Of a stretch of DNA of 64,000 nt, positions 23,189 to 33,183 are shown in pieces. Position 1 is the first letter of the stretch. Each line of letters opens with the position of its first letter. The notes beneath the pieces were generated by a model, which was given only the letters and a program-made list of their open reading frames with translations, was not told where the DNA came from and did not search any database. The stretch is from contig OY762926.1 in the NCBI GenBank assembly GCA_963666735.1, forward strand, positions 1,472,001 to 1,536,000, written 5' to 3'. A program made the translations under genes and the position numbers. The DNA is from Gemmatimonadota bacterium (GTDB lineage Bacteria > Gemmatimonadota > Gemmatimonadetes > Palauibacterales > Palauibacteraceae).

Positions 23189-23395
23189 TCAGCGCCGCTC
23201 CCGTGCTTCGCGAAGGACCTCGCCGGGCGGGGGATCGACGTCGATCGGCGGGAGCCGGGCGATGCGGGCGAACAGTTCTGCGCGCGTGGGCTTCTCCAGA
23301 GACCGGCGGATCTCGCGGAGGACGAAGTCCGACATCGACGTGCCGGCGAGCGCCGCACGCGACTTGAGCCGCCGGTGCAGCTCTGCTGTACACAT
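23189..23395 (-). pseudogene. FitA-like RHH antitoxin, N-terminus apparently deleted
   Basis: ELHRRLKSRAALAGTSMSDFVLRE is RHH helices A/B; the usual N-terminal beta-strand (IQIRNVP-type) is absent and a TTGACA abuts the ORF. Confidence 0.65.
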
Positions 23396-24302
23396 GTCAA
23401 GTAACAGACACCGCGTCGCCGCAGCGGCGCTTGCGACGACGTTTTCGCTGGGCGGTTCCTGCGATTCGCCGGCCTCTCCCGTGCCCCCGCTGGACGTGGC
23501 GTGGGCGCCGGCCGCGCCCGTGCAGGGGCACCTCTTCGTCATCGGCGTCGCGGCGCCCTCGGGCTCGGGGGTGATTTCGGCGGTCGGCGAGGTGGGGGGC
23601 GAGCCGCTGCACTTCCGGCGCACGGGTCCAGTGCTCGAGAGTCTGGCCGCGGTCCCGGTTTCGACGGTGGACACACTCGACGCGTGGGTGCGGGCGGACT
23701 ACGCGGACGGCCGCTCTCGGACCGACTCGCTCCGCATTCCGGTGCGGGCGGGCGAATACGCACACGAGCGGCTCACCGTGGCGCCGCGCTTCGGGTCGCC
23801 GCTGAACGAGGAAGACCAGGCGCGGCTGCGGAACGATCGGGAGAAGGCCGCCCGGGCCGCCCGCGAGGCGCACGCCGCGCCGCGCATGTGGAGCAGGGTC
23901 CGCCTCCCGCGCGAATCCCGCGTGACGAGCGGGTTCGGCACGGGTCGCGAGTTCAACGGGCAGGTTACGAGCCGCCACATGGGACTGGACCTCGCCGGAG
24001 CCCGCGGCACGACCGTGACGGCCGCGGCGGACGGCGTCGTGGCGGTCGTCGACAGCTTCCTGCTCGCGGGGAACGTCGTCTACCTCAACCACGGCGGAGG
24101 CCTGCTCACCGGCTACTTCCACCTCAGCGAGCCACTCGTCTCCGTGGGCGACACGGTCACGGCGGGGACGCCCATCGGGAGGGTCGGGGCCACCGGCCGC
24201 GTCACCGGCCCCCACCTGCACTGGGTCGTGCGCTACGGGGGCACGAGCGTGGATCCGCGCAGCCTGCTCGCGCTTCCCGCGATCAGAGCCATCCCCGAAT
24301 GA
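23394..24302 (+). CDS. M23 family metallopeptidase
   Basis: HMGLD (HxxxD), TGPHLHW (HxH), signal-like N-terminus. Start uncertain. Confidence 0.85.
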   Translation: MSSNRHRVAAAALATTFSLGGSCDSPASPVPPLDVAWAPAAPVQGHLFVIGVAAPSGSGVISAVGEVGGEPLHFRRTGPVLESLAAVPVSTVDTLDAWVRADYADGRSRTDSLRIPVRAGEYAHERLTVAPRFGSPLNEEDQARLRNDREKAARAAREAHAAPRMWSRVRLPRESRVTSGFGTGREFNGQVTSRHMGLDLAGARGTTVTAAADGVVAVVDSFLLAGNVVYLNHGGGLLTGYFHLSEPLVSVGDTVTAGTPIGRVGATGRVTGPHLHWVVRYGGTSVDPRSLLALPAIRAIPE

Positions 24303-24683
24303 TCGCCCTCCGCCCCGGCGGATAGTCCTCGAACCGTTCCCGGTACCAGCGATGGTGGCTGAGCGCCCTCGGGACGAGGTTCGCCGCCGTGAACACGAAG
24401 AAGGCGAGCCCGGCCAGCGACCACGTCGCCAGCGCCCAGCCAGCCCATTCCATCACTTCACCCAGATAGTTGGGACAGGAGACGTAGCGGAACCCGCCGC
24501 CCTGCGGGATCGAATAGCCCGTCTCTCCGGGCTTCCGCAGCTTCAGCAGGGTGTTGTCGGAGTGAAGGTTCAGGGCGAAGCCGGCCCGTAGGGAGCCTTC
24601 ATCCGGAGCAGGCCGATGAACGTCAGCGGAGCGAGCGCGAGGAGGGCCCATACCAGAGCGCCATGGAGCGTGACCTCACCCAT
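24283..24683 (-). pseudogene. Steroid 5-alpha reductase family, internal deletion with frameshift
   Basis: N-terminus MGEVTLHG...MKAPYG joins out of frame at ~24585 to the C-terminus (NLHSD, IPQGGGFRYVSCPNYLGE, HHRWY). Confidence 0.8.
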
Positions 24684-24699
24684 CGCGGTCGGCGTTCCG

Positions 24700-25707
24700 C
24701 TAGAAGGGGACGACCGAGCCCAGTCCGAGATCCTCCGCCCGGCTCAGGGCCGCTTCCGCGATCGCGACATCCTGCGCGGCGTTCCCCACGGACTTGAAGA
24801 GGGTGAAATCGTGGTCGCGGCGCCCGTCCGGCGCCTGGCCGTTCACCATCTCGCCGAGTTCGGCGTCGATCACGTCGCGCCCGACGATGCCTTTCTCCAC
24901 CGGGATGATGAGGTCGCCGGCCTCCTCCCAGATCGCCTCGCGCTGGTCCACGATCACGCGGGAGCGCGTGACGATCTCCTCCGGGATCTCGCGCGTGTGA
25001 GGCTGAAAGGCACCGATCGCGTTGATGTGGGCGCCGGGTTCGAGGAGTTCGGGGGAGAACACCGGGGTTTCGCTCGTGGTCGCGGTCACGACGAGGCCCG
25101 CGCCGTCGAGCGCCTCGGCCGGCGTCGCGGCGGCTCGGATCCGGGGCGGAGCACCCCCTTCCGGCGGCACGAGCGATGCGGCTCGCTCCGTGAGCGCCGC
25201 GGCCAACTCCTCGGCGCCTTCGGGAGGGACGGAGACGATCCGGATCTCGCGCAGCGGCCGACACGCGGCCAGCAGTTCGATGTGCGCGCGACCCTGGGCG
25301 CCGGCCCCGAACGCCGCCAGCACGTCCGCCGCCGGATCGGCGAGGAGTTCCGTCGCCAGCCCGCTGCCCGCCGCCGTCCGGATCTCCGTCAGCGAGGCGC
25401 CGTCGAGGAGCGCGCGGACCCTTCCCGTCTCGACGTCCATCACGATGACCGCGCCCTGGATCATCGGCTGGCCGATGGAGAGGTTTCCGGGGAAGACCGA
25501 GACGATCTTGGCCCCGAGCCCTCCGGAGCCGCCGAGGAAGGCCGGCATGAGGAGGGTGATCCCGCGCCGGCTCTCGACGTGCCCGCGCACGGGGACCACG
25601 GCCTGCCCGCCGGACACTTCCCCGAACGCCACCCGCATCGCGTCCACCGCCGCCGCCGCGTCCACGGCGCTCTCGATGTCGACTCTGGAGAGAACTCGAA
25701 TGCTCAT
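24700..25707 (-). CDS. Ornithine cyclodeaminase / mu-crystallin family
   Basis: LLMPA, KIVSVFPGN, TEIRTAA, FGAGAQG, FKSVGNAAQD. Confidence 0.9.
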   Translation of the reverse strand: MSIRVLSRVDIESAVDAAAAVDAMRVAFGEVSGGQAVVPVRGHVESRRGITLLMPAFLGGSGGLGAKIVSVFPGNLSIGQPMIQGAVIVMDVETGRVRALLDGASLTEIRTAAGSGLATELLADPAADVLAAFGAGAQGRAHIELLAACRPLREIRIVSVPPEGAEELAAALTERAASLVPPEGGAPPRIRAAATPAEALDGAGLVVTATTSETPVFSPELLEPGAHINAIGAFQPHTREIPEEIVTRSRVIVDQREAIWEEAGDLIIPVEKGIVGRDVIDAELGEMVNGQAPDGRRDHDFTLFKSVGNAAQDVAIAEAALSRAEDLGLGSVVPF

Positions 25708-25712
25708 TCGGA

Positions 25713-26174
25713 TCAGGCTCGCCTCGCAAAAAGGATGAACGCGGCGAATGCGCGCTTGTCACGGAGCTCAGAACTCTCCAGCCGCTCGATAGCGTTCTCG
25801 CAATCTTCGATGTCCGCCATCACTTCGCTCCGGATGAGACTCGGAGATGGATGATAGTCCGCCCGATGCCGCTTGTCCTGCATCTCCGTGAACACATTGG
25901 CGAAATCGACGATGGGCTGTGGAAAACCGAACCTGTCGACCTGTGCACATCTCTTCTTGCTGCTTCCATGATCGAGAGCCCTGTACACCTGCCTCCAGGC
26001 GGCGTCGCTCCGCTGCGCACCCGCGGTGCCGATGAAGCTGTCCGCACACGTCCGCATCACACAGTGAAACAGGGCGTAGTAGGCGGCACTAACTGCGCAG
26101 CGCAAGTCGGCTTGGCGCGGTTTGTATGGAGTGCCGCTCGCCAGTTCCCTTGCCGTCTCGATGAGTTCAAGCAT
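25713..26174 (-). CDS. HEPN domain protein
   Basis: AVSAAYYALFH and KRHRADY motifs. Confidence 0.75.
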   Translation of the reverse strand: MLELIETARELASGTPYKPRQADLRCAVSAAYYALFHCVMRTCADSFIGTAGAQRSDAAWRQVYRALDHGSSKKRCAQVDRFGFPQPIVDFANVFTEMQDKRHRADYHPSPSLIRSEVMADIEDCENAIERLESSELRDKRAFAAFILFARRA

Positions 26175-26457
26175 TCAAGGCCTCGTGTTCCGCAAGATCC
26201 TCGCGCGAGACAAACGACATGATGGGGAATCGATCTTCGCCGAGTCCCCTGAGATGAGGCCGAAGATGCCGGACGAAGCCGACGCGGGCGTTTACGTCGA
26301 GCGGCTTGTCCGACCGGAAGACCGCCCTGACGTAAAGAACGGCATCGTCGTCATGGTCCGTGCCCTCGCGGATTCGAACGGAGTCGAAGACCACACCGCT
26401 GAACTGCTCGCTGAGAACCTCCCTCAGGACTGTTTCGAGCTTCTCCAGATCTGCCAT
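26167..26457 (-). CDS. Small partner of HEPN (MNT-position protein)
   Basis: 96 aa, 8-nt overlap with HEPN gene, DHDDD acidic patch, no GS-x-DxD motif. Confidence 0.6.
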   Translation of the reverse strand: MADLEKLETVLREVLSEQFSGVVFDSVRIREGTDHDDDAVLYVRAVFRSDKPLDVNARVGFVRHLRPHLRGLGEDRFPIMSFVSREDLAEHEALNA

Positions 26458-26581
26458 TCCGTGGGCCCTCCTCGCGCTTCAAAGTGTCGTCCGGATGCGG
26501 CCGTGCAGCTGTCATGGCGACCTTCCTCCAACCTACATGGCCACCGCCGATCCGTTCCACCCGATACTATCGTCCGGGCCA

Positions 26582-27529
26582 TCAATCAGAACTCAACGAA
26601 CCCCCGCGGCCCTCGTTCCGGTCTGCCGCCGGGCCGGCGCCGGAACGGCGCTCGTGGAGAGCGGATCGCAGCATCGCGATCGCGGCGTAGAGGACGACGG
26701 CGACGACGAGCCAGCGCATGGCGTTCAGAGGAAGCGAGCGGACGATGAGAGCCGCAATCAGAACAGCCGGAATGCCTCCGATCGCCAAACCGAGGGCCGC
26801 ACGGAGCCCGTAACGCCCCGCCTTGAGGAAACGCAGGCCCGCGACCGGCATGAGGAAGGCGGACGCGCCCATCATGATCGGGAAGGCGACGGCCGGATTC
26901 AGCCCCATGAGACTGACGACGATCATCGTCGGGGCGTAGATCCCGATCCCGATCGTCATGAGCGCGCCGAGGACGAAGAGGCAGCCCGCCGCGAGGGCGA
27001 GCGACCCGCCCGACAGGCCCGACGCCTCCCCGCCCACGGCGGTGATCTCGAAGATCGCCATGAGGAAGGTGATGGCGGCGATGAGGAGCGCGACCCCCAT
27101 CCCGATCTGGATCCGGAAGCGGGGGAGCCGGGCCACGATCCCCGCGCCCAGCCATGCTCCCAGCACGGCGGCGGCGATGAGGACGAAGAGCGTCGTCGGC
27201 TGGACGCTGATGATCGCGATGAAGATGAAGGCCTGGATCACGACGGGGGGCGTGTGCCCGATCATCATCGTGCCGGGGATCTCCTCGTCGGGCACGACGT
27301 TCTTCAGCTTGAACAGCGACGTTGTCGGGGCGAAGGAGCCGATGCCGAGCGTGTCGAAGAAGTTCGTGCCGAAGCCGACCACGAGTTCGAACGCGTTGGG
27401 GCGGCCGCGCCAGCCGTCTCGCTCCCGCCCTGCCCGCGTGGCGGCGGCGGCGGCGCGCGCCCATGCGGCGAGAAGCCCGGCCGTGAGGAGCGCCAGGACG
27501 GTGAACAGGTAGAGGCGCGGATCGCTCAG
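26582..27529 (-). CDS. TauE/SafE (TSUP) sulfite exporter family
   Basis: TNFFDTLGIGSFAPT, FPIMMG; frame open upstream to a CTG at 27529, adding a TM helix. Confidence 0.8.
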   Translation of the reverse strand: MSDPRLYLFTVLALLTAGLLAAWARAAAAATRAGRERDGWRGRPNAFELVVGFGTNFFDTLGIGSFAPTTSLFKLKNVVPDEEIPGTMMIGHTPPVVIQAFIFIAIISVQPTTLFVLIAAAVLGAWLGAGIVARLPRFRIQIGMGVALLIAAITFLMAIFEITAVGGEASGLSGGSLALAAGCLFVLGALMTIGIGIYAPTMIVVSLMGLNPAVAFPIMMGASAFLMPVAGLRFLKAGRYGLRAALGLAIGGIPAVLIAALIVRSLPLNAMRWLVVAVVLYAAIAMLRSALHERRSGAGPAADRNEGRGGSLSSD

Positions 27530-30500
27530 GGCGGTGGGTCCTCGGAGAGCGCCCGGTAGTAGGCCTCCACGAGTTCGCGGTATTCCTCGGGGACATCATC
27601 CGATCCGGAGAGGAAGAAGCGCTCGATCTGCGAACCCAGCTCGCGGCGGAGGGCGAACTCGAAGTCCTTCAGGCCCCGCAGCACGTCCGCCTGGAGCGCG
27701 GCGAGTTCCTCCGGATCGTCGAAGTCTCCCGCGGCCCGCAGGCGGTCGAGCCCGGCGATCGCGCGGTCGAGGTCGCCGACGTCGACGCCCTCCTGACGCA
27801 GTTCGTCGCGCAGGCGGCGCGCGTCCTGTCCCCGCTCGCGGAATTCCCGCTGGAACTGCCGGACATCTTCCGGCGAAAGCCGCGGTCCGCCGCCTCCGCC
27901 GCCCCCTCCGCCGGGCGCGAACCCCTGGCCGCCCCGCGGCGTCTGGCCGGGCTGCCCCGGCTGTCCGCCACGGCCTCCCTGGCCCTGGCCCTCGCCGCCT
28001 TGCTGGCCTTCGCCCCCTTGCTGGCCCTCGCCTTGCTGGCCCTGCGCGCCTTGCCGGCCCTGACTCTCCGGGCCGCCCTGGCCCTCCTGCTCGCCCTGGC
28101 CCTCCTGCTGACCCTGCCCCTGTCGCTCCTCCTGCCCCTGTTGCCCCTGTTGCCCCTGTTGCAGGCGTTCCTGGAGTGATTCGAGGCCGCGGACCAGGTC
28201 TCGCGTCTCGTCCAATTGCCGGCCGAGACGGCGGGGGTCCGACTCGCCCAGCGCGTCCCGCGCGGCCTGGACCCGGGCCCGCACGTTCTCCGCGTCCCGG
28301 GTGATCTGCTCCTCGAAGTTCCGCACGTAGTCCTCGGACTGGGTGCCGAGAACCCCTCGCGAGAAGAGGAGTTTGTCCCGCAGCCGGCTCTCGCGGATCT
28401 CGCCCGCGGCTTCTGCCAGGCGGCGGGCGGCGTCCGGCTGGTCCTGGCGGGCCTCGCGCGCCAGACGGTCCAGATCGGTCTCCAGCTGGTCGACCTCGCG
28501 CGCGAGTTCGGCCTTACGTTCCCGGAGTCCGGTCACGCGGTCCCGGTCTCCGCCCGTCGGATCCTCGTTTACGTCGCTCTGGAGTTCCCGCTGACGCTCC
28601 GCGATGCGCTCGGCCCGCCGGGCGGCGTCTTCGACTTCCCGTTCCACCGCCGCGACCTGACGGTTCTCCAGCAGGCGGCGCGCCTCGCGCAGCCGGTCGA
28701 GGGCGTTCGAGGCCTCCGCCTGCCCCTGCCCGCGGCGACCCTGCGCCTGCGCCCGCCGCATCTCGTCCGCCGCCTCCTGCAGCCGGCGCGCGGATTCCTC
28801 GACCTCCGCCCGGTCGTCCTCGCGAGCCAGGCGCTGCAGTTGCCGGGCCAACTCCTCGGTCTGCTCGATCATCTGCTGCTGCTGGCCCTGGCCTCCGCCG
28901 GCGGCGCCGCGCGGCTGCGCGGCCGCGCGTTCGTTCATCTGCTGCTGGCGCCTCGCGAGTTCCTCGAGCTTCTGCAGCGCCTCGTCGACCTCCTGGTCCT
29001 GCTGTTGCTGCTGGCCGCGCTGGACGGTCTCGTACTGGTTCCGCAGGCGGTCCAGTTCCAGTTCGAACAGATCCGCGAGTTCCTCGGCCCCCGCCCCGAC
29101 GCTCCCGGGCGTACCGCCGCCACCGCCGCCGCCCTGCTGCACCTGGACCTCGCGGAACGCGGCCTCGGCGCGCTGCAGGTGCTGGAGCGAGCGCTGCTCG
29201 GGCGCGAGCGCTTCCCGCAACCGGCGCTCTCCCAGCTTCGTCTCCGCCTCCAGCATCGCGGGCGGCGCCAGCGGGAGTTCGCGAAAAACCGTCTCGAGCG
29301 ACGGATCGCCCGCCACGCCCCGCTGCCGCATCTGGGCGATCAACTCCTCGACCTGCTGCCGCAGCCGCCCCTGCAGCAGCGTCAGGGTGGCCAGATTCTC
29401 CGACATCTCCTCGTCGTCGAAGTCGTTCTCGTCGCGCTCGAGGCGGAAGGTCGCGGCGACGATCTGGCGCTGCTGTTCGGACAGTTCGCCGCCCATGCCG
29501 GCCCCGCCGCCTCCGCCGCCGCCCCCTCCCCCGCCCTGCTCGGCCTGGCGGAAATTCCGGTCGAAGGGACGGATTTCGACGAAGTAGATGTCCGAGCTTT
29601 CGACCCCGCCGCCGGGGCCGCCGGAGCGCAAGTCCGTCGCGCGGGCGTAGTAGGAGACGACGTCGCCCGGATCGAGCCCGAACTCCTCCAGAAAGAAGGT
29701 GTGTCCGCCGGAGATCTGAGTGGTCCCGCCGCGGGCCGCGCCGTGGAGAACGCGGGACGATTCCTCACCGCCGTTCACCGAGTAGAGGAGCTCCACCCGC
29801 CCGAGCCCGAAGTCGTCCTCCGCCTCGACCTCCACGTACAGTTCCTCGATCGGCGAGAGGCGCGTGTCCCGTCCGGGCTCCGAAATCCGGACCCCGGGGG
29901 GCTGGTCGTCGAGCGGTTCGACGAGGTAGTCGGGGGAGCCGATGACGAAGCGGTTGCCCGGACCCATGAATTCGATGCGGTAGAAGGTCTCGCCGGTCAC
30001 CGTGAAGCTCGTCTCGAACGCGCCGTCCACGAGTTCGAGCGCCGCGCCCTCCTCCTCGCCGTCGAAGGCGAGCCGCGCCGCCTCCGTGGCTATCGTCGGC
30101 ATCACGCGAAGCCGGACCTCGGTCCCGCGCAGCACGGCGATGTCGCCGCCGTCCTCGACGGTCCGGTGGCTGAGCCCGGTGTAGGCGGGGAAGTGGTACT
30201 CGAGGTCGATCCGGTCCACGTAGGGCAGGTCCGCGACCTCGATGGTGAAGACGGGGGAGCGGACACCCTCGGAGCTCACCGTGTAGTCGGTGGGCTCGTC
30301 GAGGTCGAAGAGCAGGATCTCGAACGCGGCGCCCTCCGCGGCCGGCGTCATGAAGTAGCGTTCCCACACCTCCGACTCGCCGCGCCGCACGGCGACCTCC
30401 ACCTCGTCGGTCTCGAAGCCCTGCGGGAACGCGCGCACGAGTTGATCCGAGCCGCGAGCGATGAGCGCGTCTCCGGGCTCCACCGTGATCGCGTAGGGAT

Positions 30501-31086
30501 TGGCGGCGTCGGCGGTCTTCCAGGGGCTCAGGAGGAGCGAGCCCGCCGTGCCCTGGAAGGCGGGACCGAAGAGGGCGATGAGCAGCACGGCCGTGGCGAC
30601 GCCCGCGAACCAGGCGGTCGAACGGCGCAGCCGGTCGCGCTCGACGCGGCGTCCCCGGTCCACCCGGCGGGCGCGCCGGGCCGCGACCTCCAGCAGACGA
30701 GCGTCGAGGCCGGAGCGGGCGCCCGGCGACCCGGCACGCTCGATGGCCGCGAGGAACGCCGCCTTGAGCGACGGTTCATGCTCCTCCAGGTAGAGCGCGA
30801 CCTGCGCGTCCGAGACCCGGCGCAGGAGCGGACGCACCACGAACCAGGCGGCGAGACCCGCCGCGGCGACCCAGAGCAGGATGCGGAAGGCGAGGACCGC
30901 GCCGTCGTCGAAGCGCAGCCGGTCGATCCCGAAGGTCGCGATGAAGAAGACGGCGAAACCGATCCCCAGCGTCACGGCGACGCCCTGGATGAGCTGGCGC
31001 ACGCGCCACCGGCGTCTCACGCCGCGAACGATCTCGAGCAACTGGTGCTCCGTATTCCGCGTCTTCGCCCATCGCATCATCGTCAT
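27526..31086 (-). CDS. Large membrane-anchored Ig-like/coiled-coil protein (DUF4175-like)
   Basis: Three N-terminal TMs, YxFPAYTGL, DQPP.VRI..PGRD, EDDFG, long Q/E coiled coil, C-terminal VPEEYRELVEAYYRAL. Confidence 0.8.
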   Translation of the reverse strand: MTMMRWAKTRNTEHQLLEIVRGVRRRWRVRQLIQGVAVTLGIGFAVFFIATFGIDRLRFDDGAVLAFRILLWVAAAGLAAWFVVRPLLRRVSDAQVALYLEEHEPSLKAAFLAAIERAGSPGARSGLDARLLEVAARRARRVDRGRRVERDRLRRSTAWFAGVATAVLLIALFGPAFQGTAGSLLLSPWKTADAANPYAITVEPGDALIARGSDQLVRAFPQGFETDEVEVAVRRGESEVWERYFMTPAAEGAAFEILLFDLDEPTDYTVSSEGVRSPVFTIEVADLPYVDRIDLEYHFPAYTGLSHRTVEDGGDIAVLRGTEVRLRVMPTIATEAARLAFDGEEEGAALELVDGAFETSFTVTGETFYRIEFMGPGNRFVIGSPDYLVEPLDDQPPGVRISEPGRDTRLSPIEELYVEVEAEDDFGLGRVELLYSVNGGEESSRVLHGAARGGTTQISGGHTFFLEEFGLDPGDVVSYYARATDLRSGGPGGGVESSDIYFVEIRPFDRNFRQAEQGGGGGGGGGGGAGMGGELSEQQRQIVAATFRLERDENDFDDEEMSENLATLTLLQGRLRQQVEELIAQMRQRGVAGDPSLETVFRELPLAPPAMLEAETKLGERRLREALAPEQRSLQHLQRAEAAFREVQVQQGGGGGGGTPGSVGAGAEELADLFELELDRLRNQYETVQRGQQQQQDQEVDEALQKLEELARRQQQMNERAAAQPRGAAGGGQGQQQQMIEQTEELARQLQRLAREDDRAEVEESARRLQEAADEMRRAQAQGRRGQGQAEASNALDRLREARRLLENRQVAAVEREVEDAARRAERIAERQRELQSDVNEDPTGGDRDRVTGLRERKAELAREVDQLETDLDRLAREARQDQPDAARRLAEAAGEIRESRLRDKLLFSRGVLGTQSEDYVRNFEEQITRDAENVRARVQAARDALGESDPRRLGRQLDETRDLVRGLESLQERLQQGQQGQQGQEERQGQGQQEGQGEQEGQGGPESQGRQGAQGQQGEGQQGGEGQQGGEGQGQGGRGGQPGQPGQTPRGGQGFAPGGGGGGGGGPRLSPEDVRQFQREFRERGQDARRLRDELRQEGVDVGDLDRAIAGLDRLRAAGDFDDPEELAALQADVLRGLKDFEFALRRELGSQIERFFLSGSDDVPEEYRELVEAYYRALSEDPPP
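27890..28165 (-). repeat. Q/G-rich low-complexity coding repeat
   Basis: Degenerate CAGGGC/CAAGGG units encoding QQGQQGQQGQEERQGQGQQEGQGE... Confidence 0.8.
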
Positions 31087-31092
31087 CCTCCT

Positions 31093-33183
31093 TCAGGCGC
31101 CCGCCAGCCCCGACACGGGGCGTTGGCGCGTCCAGCGGTTCGCCAGCACGCTCTCCGCGGCCAGCACGAGCCCCGCGAGCACCAGGAGCACCCACCAGAG
31201 CTCGGCCCGCCGCGGTACGGTCTCTTCGTCCGCCGCCGCGCCGTTCTCGCCGGTGGCTCCGGCCGCCGTCGGCGCGACGCCCGCCACGGCCTCCACAACG
31301 CGCTCGGTCGCCACCGGCGCCAGATCAGATTCGGTAATCGGAGGGTTCACCGCCACGGTAATCGCGCGGCCGGCGTCGTCCCGAAGGGCCACCTGGTAAA
31401 AGCCCGCGCGGGGAAACTCGATCCACGCCGGCCCTTCGCCGACATCCACCGGCTGACGGTCGCCGTCCGGATCCACCAGGACCCACTCGGCCTCGTCCCC
31501 GGCGAGCTCAGCGACGCCCGCTCCACCCGTTCCGACGAGCGCGGCAAGCTCGAGCACGCCCCCGGCTTCGATCCAGCGTTCCGGCTCCCGGTACCCGGTG
31601 GCGTGGAGCGCGAGCCGGTGCACGAAGGGCAGGAAGACCGGCTGCAGCGCGAGGTCGTTCCAGTAGCGGTCGAGGGTCGACGTCCAGACCAGCACGCGGC
31701 CCTCGCCCACCGAATGTTCGAACAGGGCGGGCTCGCCGCTGTCGAAGCGCGCCACCACCACCGCGCCCTCGCCGGGATCGAGGCTCCAGAAGCGGTCGAA
31801 GCGCGCGCCCGAGAAGTCTCCGCTGCGGGGACCGGAGAACAGCTCGAACACGGGGTGGTCGTAGTCGAGCGACGACAGCCGGCGGCCGTCCGCGGCGTCC
31901 ACGAGGGAGCCGGGGGCGGCGCCGAGCAGTTCCAGTCCGGCGTCGGACCACCGATTCATGCTCGCATCCCGTCCGAGGACGATGAGCAGGCCCCCGCCGT
32001 CGCTCACCCACTCCCGCAGCCGGCCGGCCCGGCCCGCGTCGGCGAGGTCGGCGTCGTTGAGGATCGCGAAGTCCGCGGACGACAGCGCCCCGGCATCGAG
32101 GCCCGTGGCAGGCGTCCGCGAGGTTTCGATACGGGGCGCATCGCCGATTTCGAGGGCGCGCTCGAGAAAGAGACTCCCGTCCGGCGCCCTGCGGTTGTTC
32201 TCCAGGATGAGCGTGCGCAGTCCCGCCTCGGGCGCCGCCACGAAGCGGAACGCGTTGTCGATGGCCAGCCCGTCCTCCGGGATCGTGAGGCGCCCGCGGC
32301 TCCGGCCTTCCGGGAGGGCGAGGTCGTTGAAGACCGCCGTGCCGGCCCCGCGCGGCGGCATGTCCACCGGGATCGTCGCGACCGTCCGTCCCGCGATCTC
32401 GAGCGACACCGGGAGCCCCTCCACCGCCGCGTCGCCCATATTCGCGAGCCGGGCCAGGAGCCGGACGCGCCCGCCGCCCGCGGCCCGCACCGCCGCCTCC
32501 GCGAGCGCCACGTTCGCGCCCTCCTCCGGCGCGACGCTCGCCGCCCGCAGCGCGACTCCGTCGGGAAGCCGCACCCTGCCGCCGTCCTCCCACCCCGTGC
32601 GCTGGAAGTCCGAGACGAGCACGACCTCCCGCGTCCGGTCCTCCGACTCCGAGAGGATCCGCTCCGCAAGCTGGATTCCCCCTTCGAGCCGCGTCCCCAG
32701 GTCGGTCGTCGCCAGATCCGCGAGCGCGTCCCGGGCGGCCACGAGATCGAGCGTCAACGGCACCCGCTCGCGCGCCCGTTCATCGAACGTCGCCACCGCG
32801 ACGCGGTCCCCCTCCCCGAGCCCGTCGAGGACGGCGCGCGCGGAGTCGAGCGCGGCCTCCCAGCGCCCTTCGTAGCCCAGGCTCGCCGACAGGTCGAGGA
32901 GGATGACGACGTCGCGGGCCGAACCCGCCTCCATCTCCGCCACCGTGTCGAAGAAGGGCCGGGAAAAGGCGAGCGCGAGGAGGATGACCGCGATGCAGCG
33001 CAGCGCGAACAGCAGCGGGTGCCGGATCCGGCGCCGGTTCATCGTCTTGAAGGGCAGCTTCCGGAGGAACATCAGCGACGGGAACACCGTCACCCGGCTG
33101 CGCTGGCGATGCGTGAGGTGGATGATGATCGGGATCGAGAGGAGTCCGAGCCCGGCCAGGAACCACGGAGTCAGAAAACTCAT
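31093..33183 (-). CDS. BatA N-terminal + VWA domain protein
   Basis: MSFLTPWFL..PIIIHL..FPSLMFL; DLSAS MIDAS; SDFQ; C-terminal TM. Confidence 0.88.
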   Translation of the reverse strand: MSFLTPWFLAGLGLLSIPIIIHLTHRQRSRVTVFPSLMFLRKLPFKTMNRRRIRHPLLFALRCIAVILLALAFSRPFFDTVAEMEAGSARDVVILLDLSASLGYEGRWEAALDSARAVLDGLGEGDRVAVATFDERARERVPLTLDLVAARDALADLATTDLGTRLEGGIQLAERILSESEDRTREVVLVSDFQRTGWEDGGRVRLPDGVALRAASVAPEEGANVALAEAAVRAAGGGRVRLLARLANMGDAAVEGLPVSLEIAGRTVATIPVDMPPRGAGTAVFNDLALPEGRSRGRLTIPEDGLAIDNAFRFVAAPEAGLRTLILENNRRAPDGSLFLERALEIGDAPRIETSRTPATGLDAGALSSADFAILNDADLADAGRAGRLREWVSDGGGLLIVLGRDASMNRWSDAGLELLGAAPGSLVDAADGRRLSSLDYDHPVFELFSGPRSGDFSGARFDRFWSLDPGEGAVVVARFDSGEPALFEHSVGEGRVLVWTSTLDRYWNDLALQPVFLPFVHRLALHATGYREPERWIEAGGVLELAALVGTGGAGVAELAGDEAEWVLVDPDGDRQPVDVGEGPAWIEFPRAGFYQVALRDDAGRAITVAVNPPITESDLAPVATERVVEAVAGVAPTAAGATGENGAAADEETVPRRAELWWVLLVLAGLVLAAESVLANRWTRQRPVSGLAGA

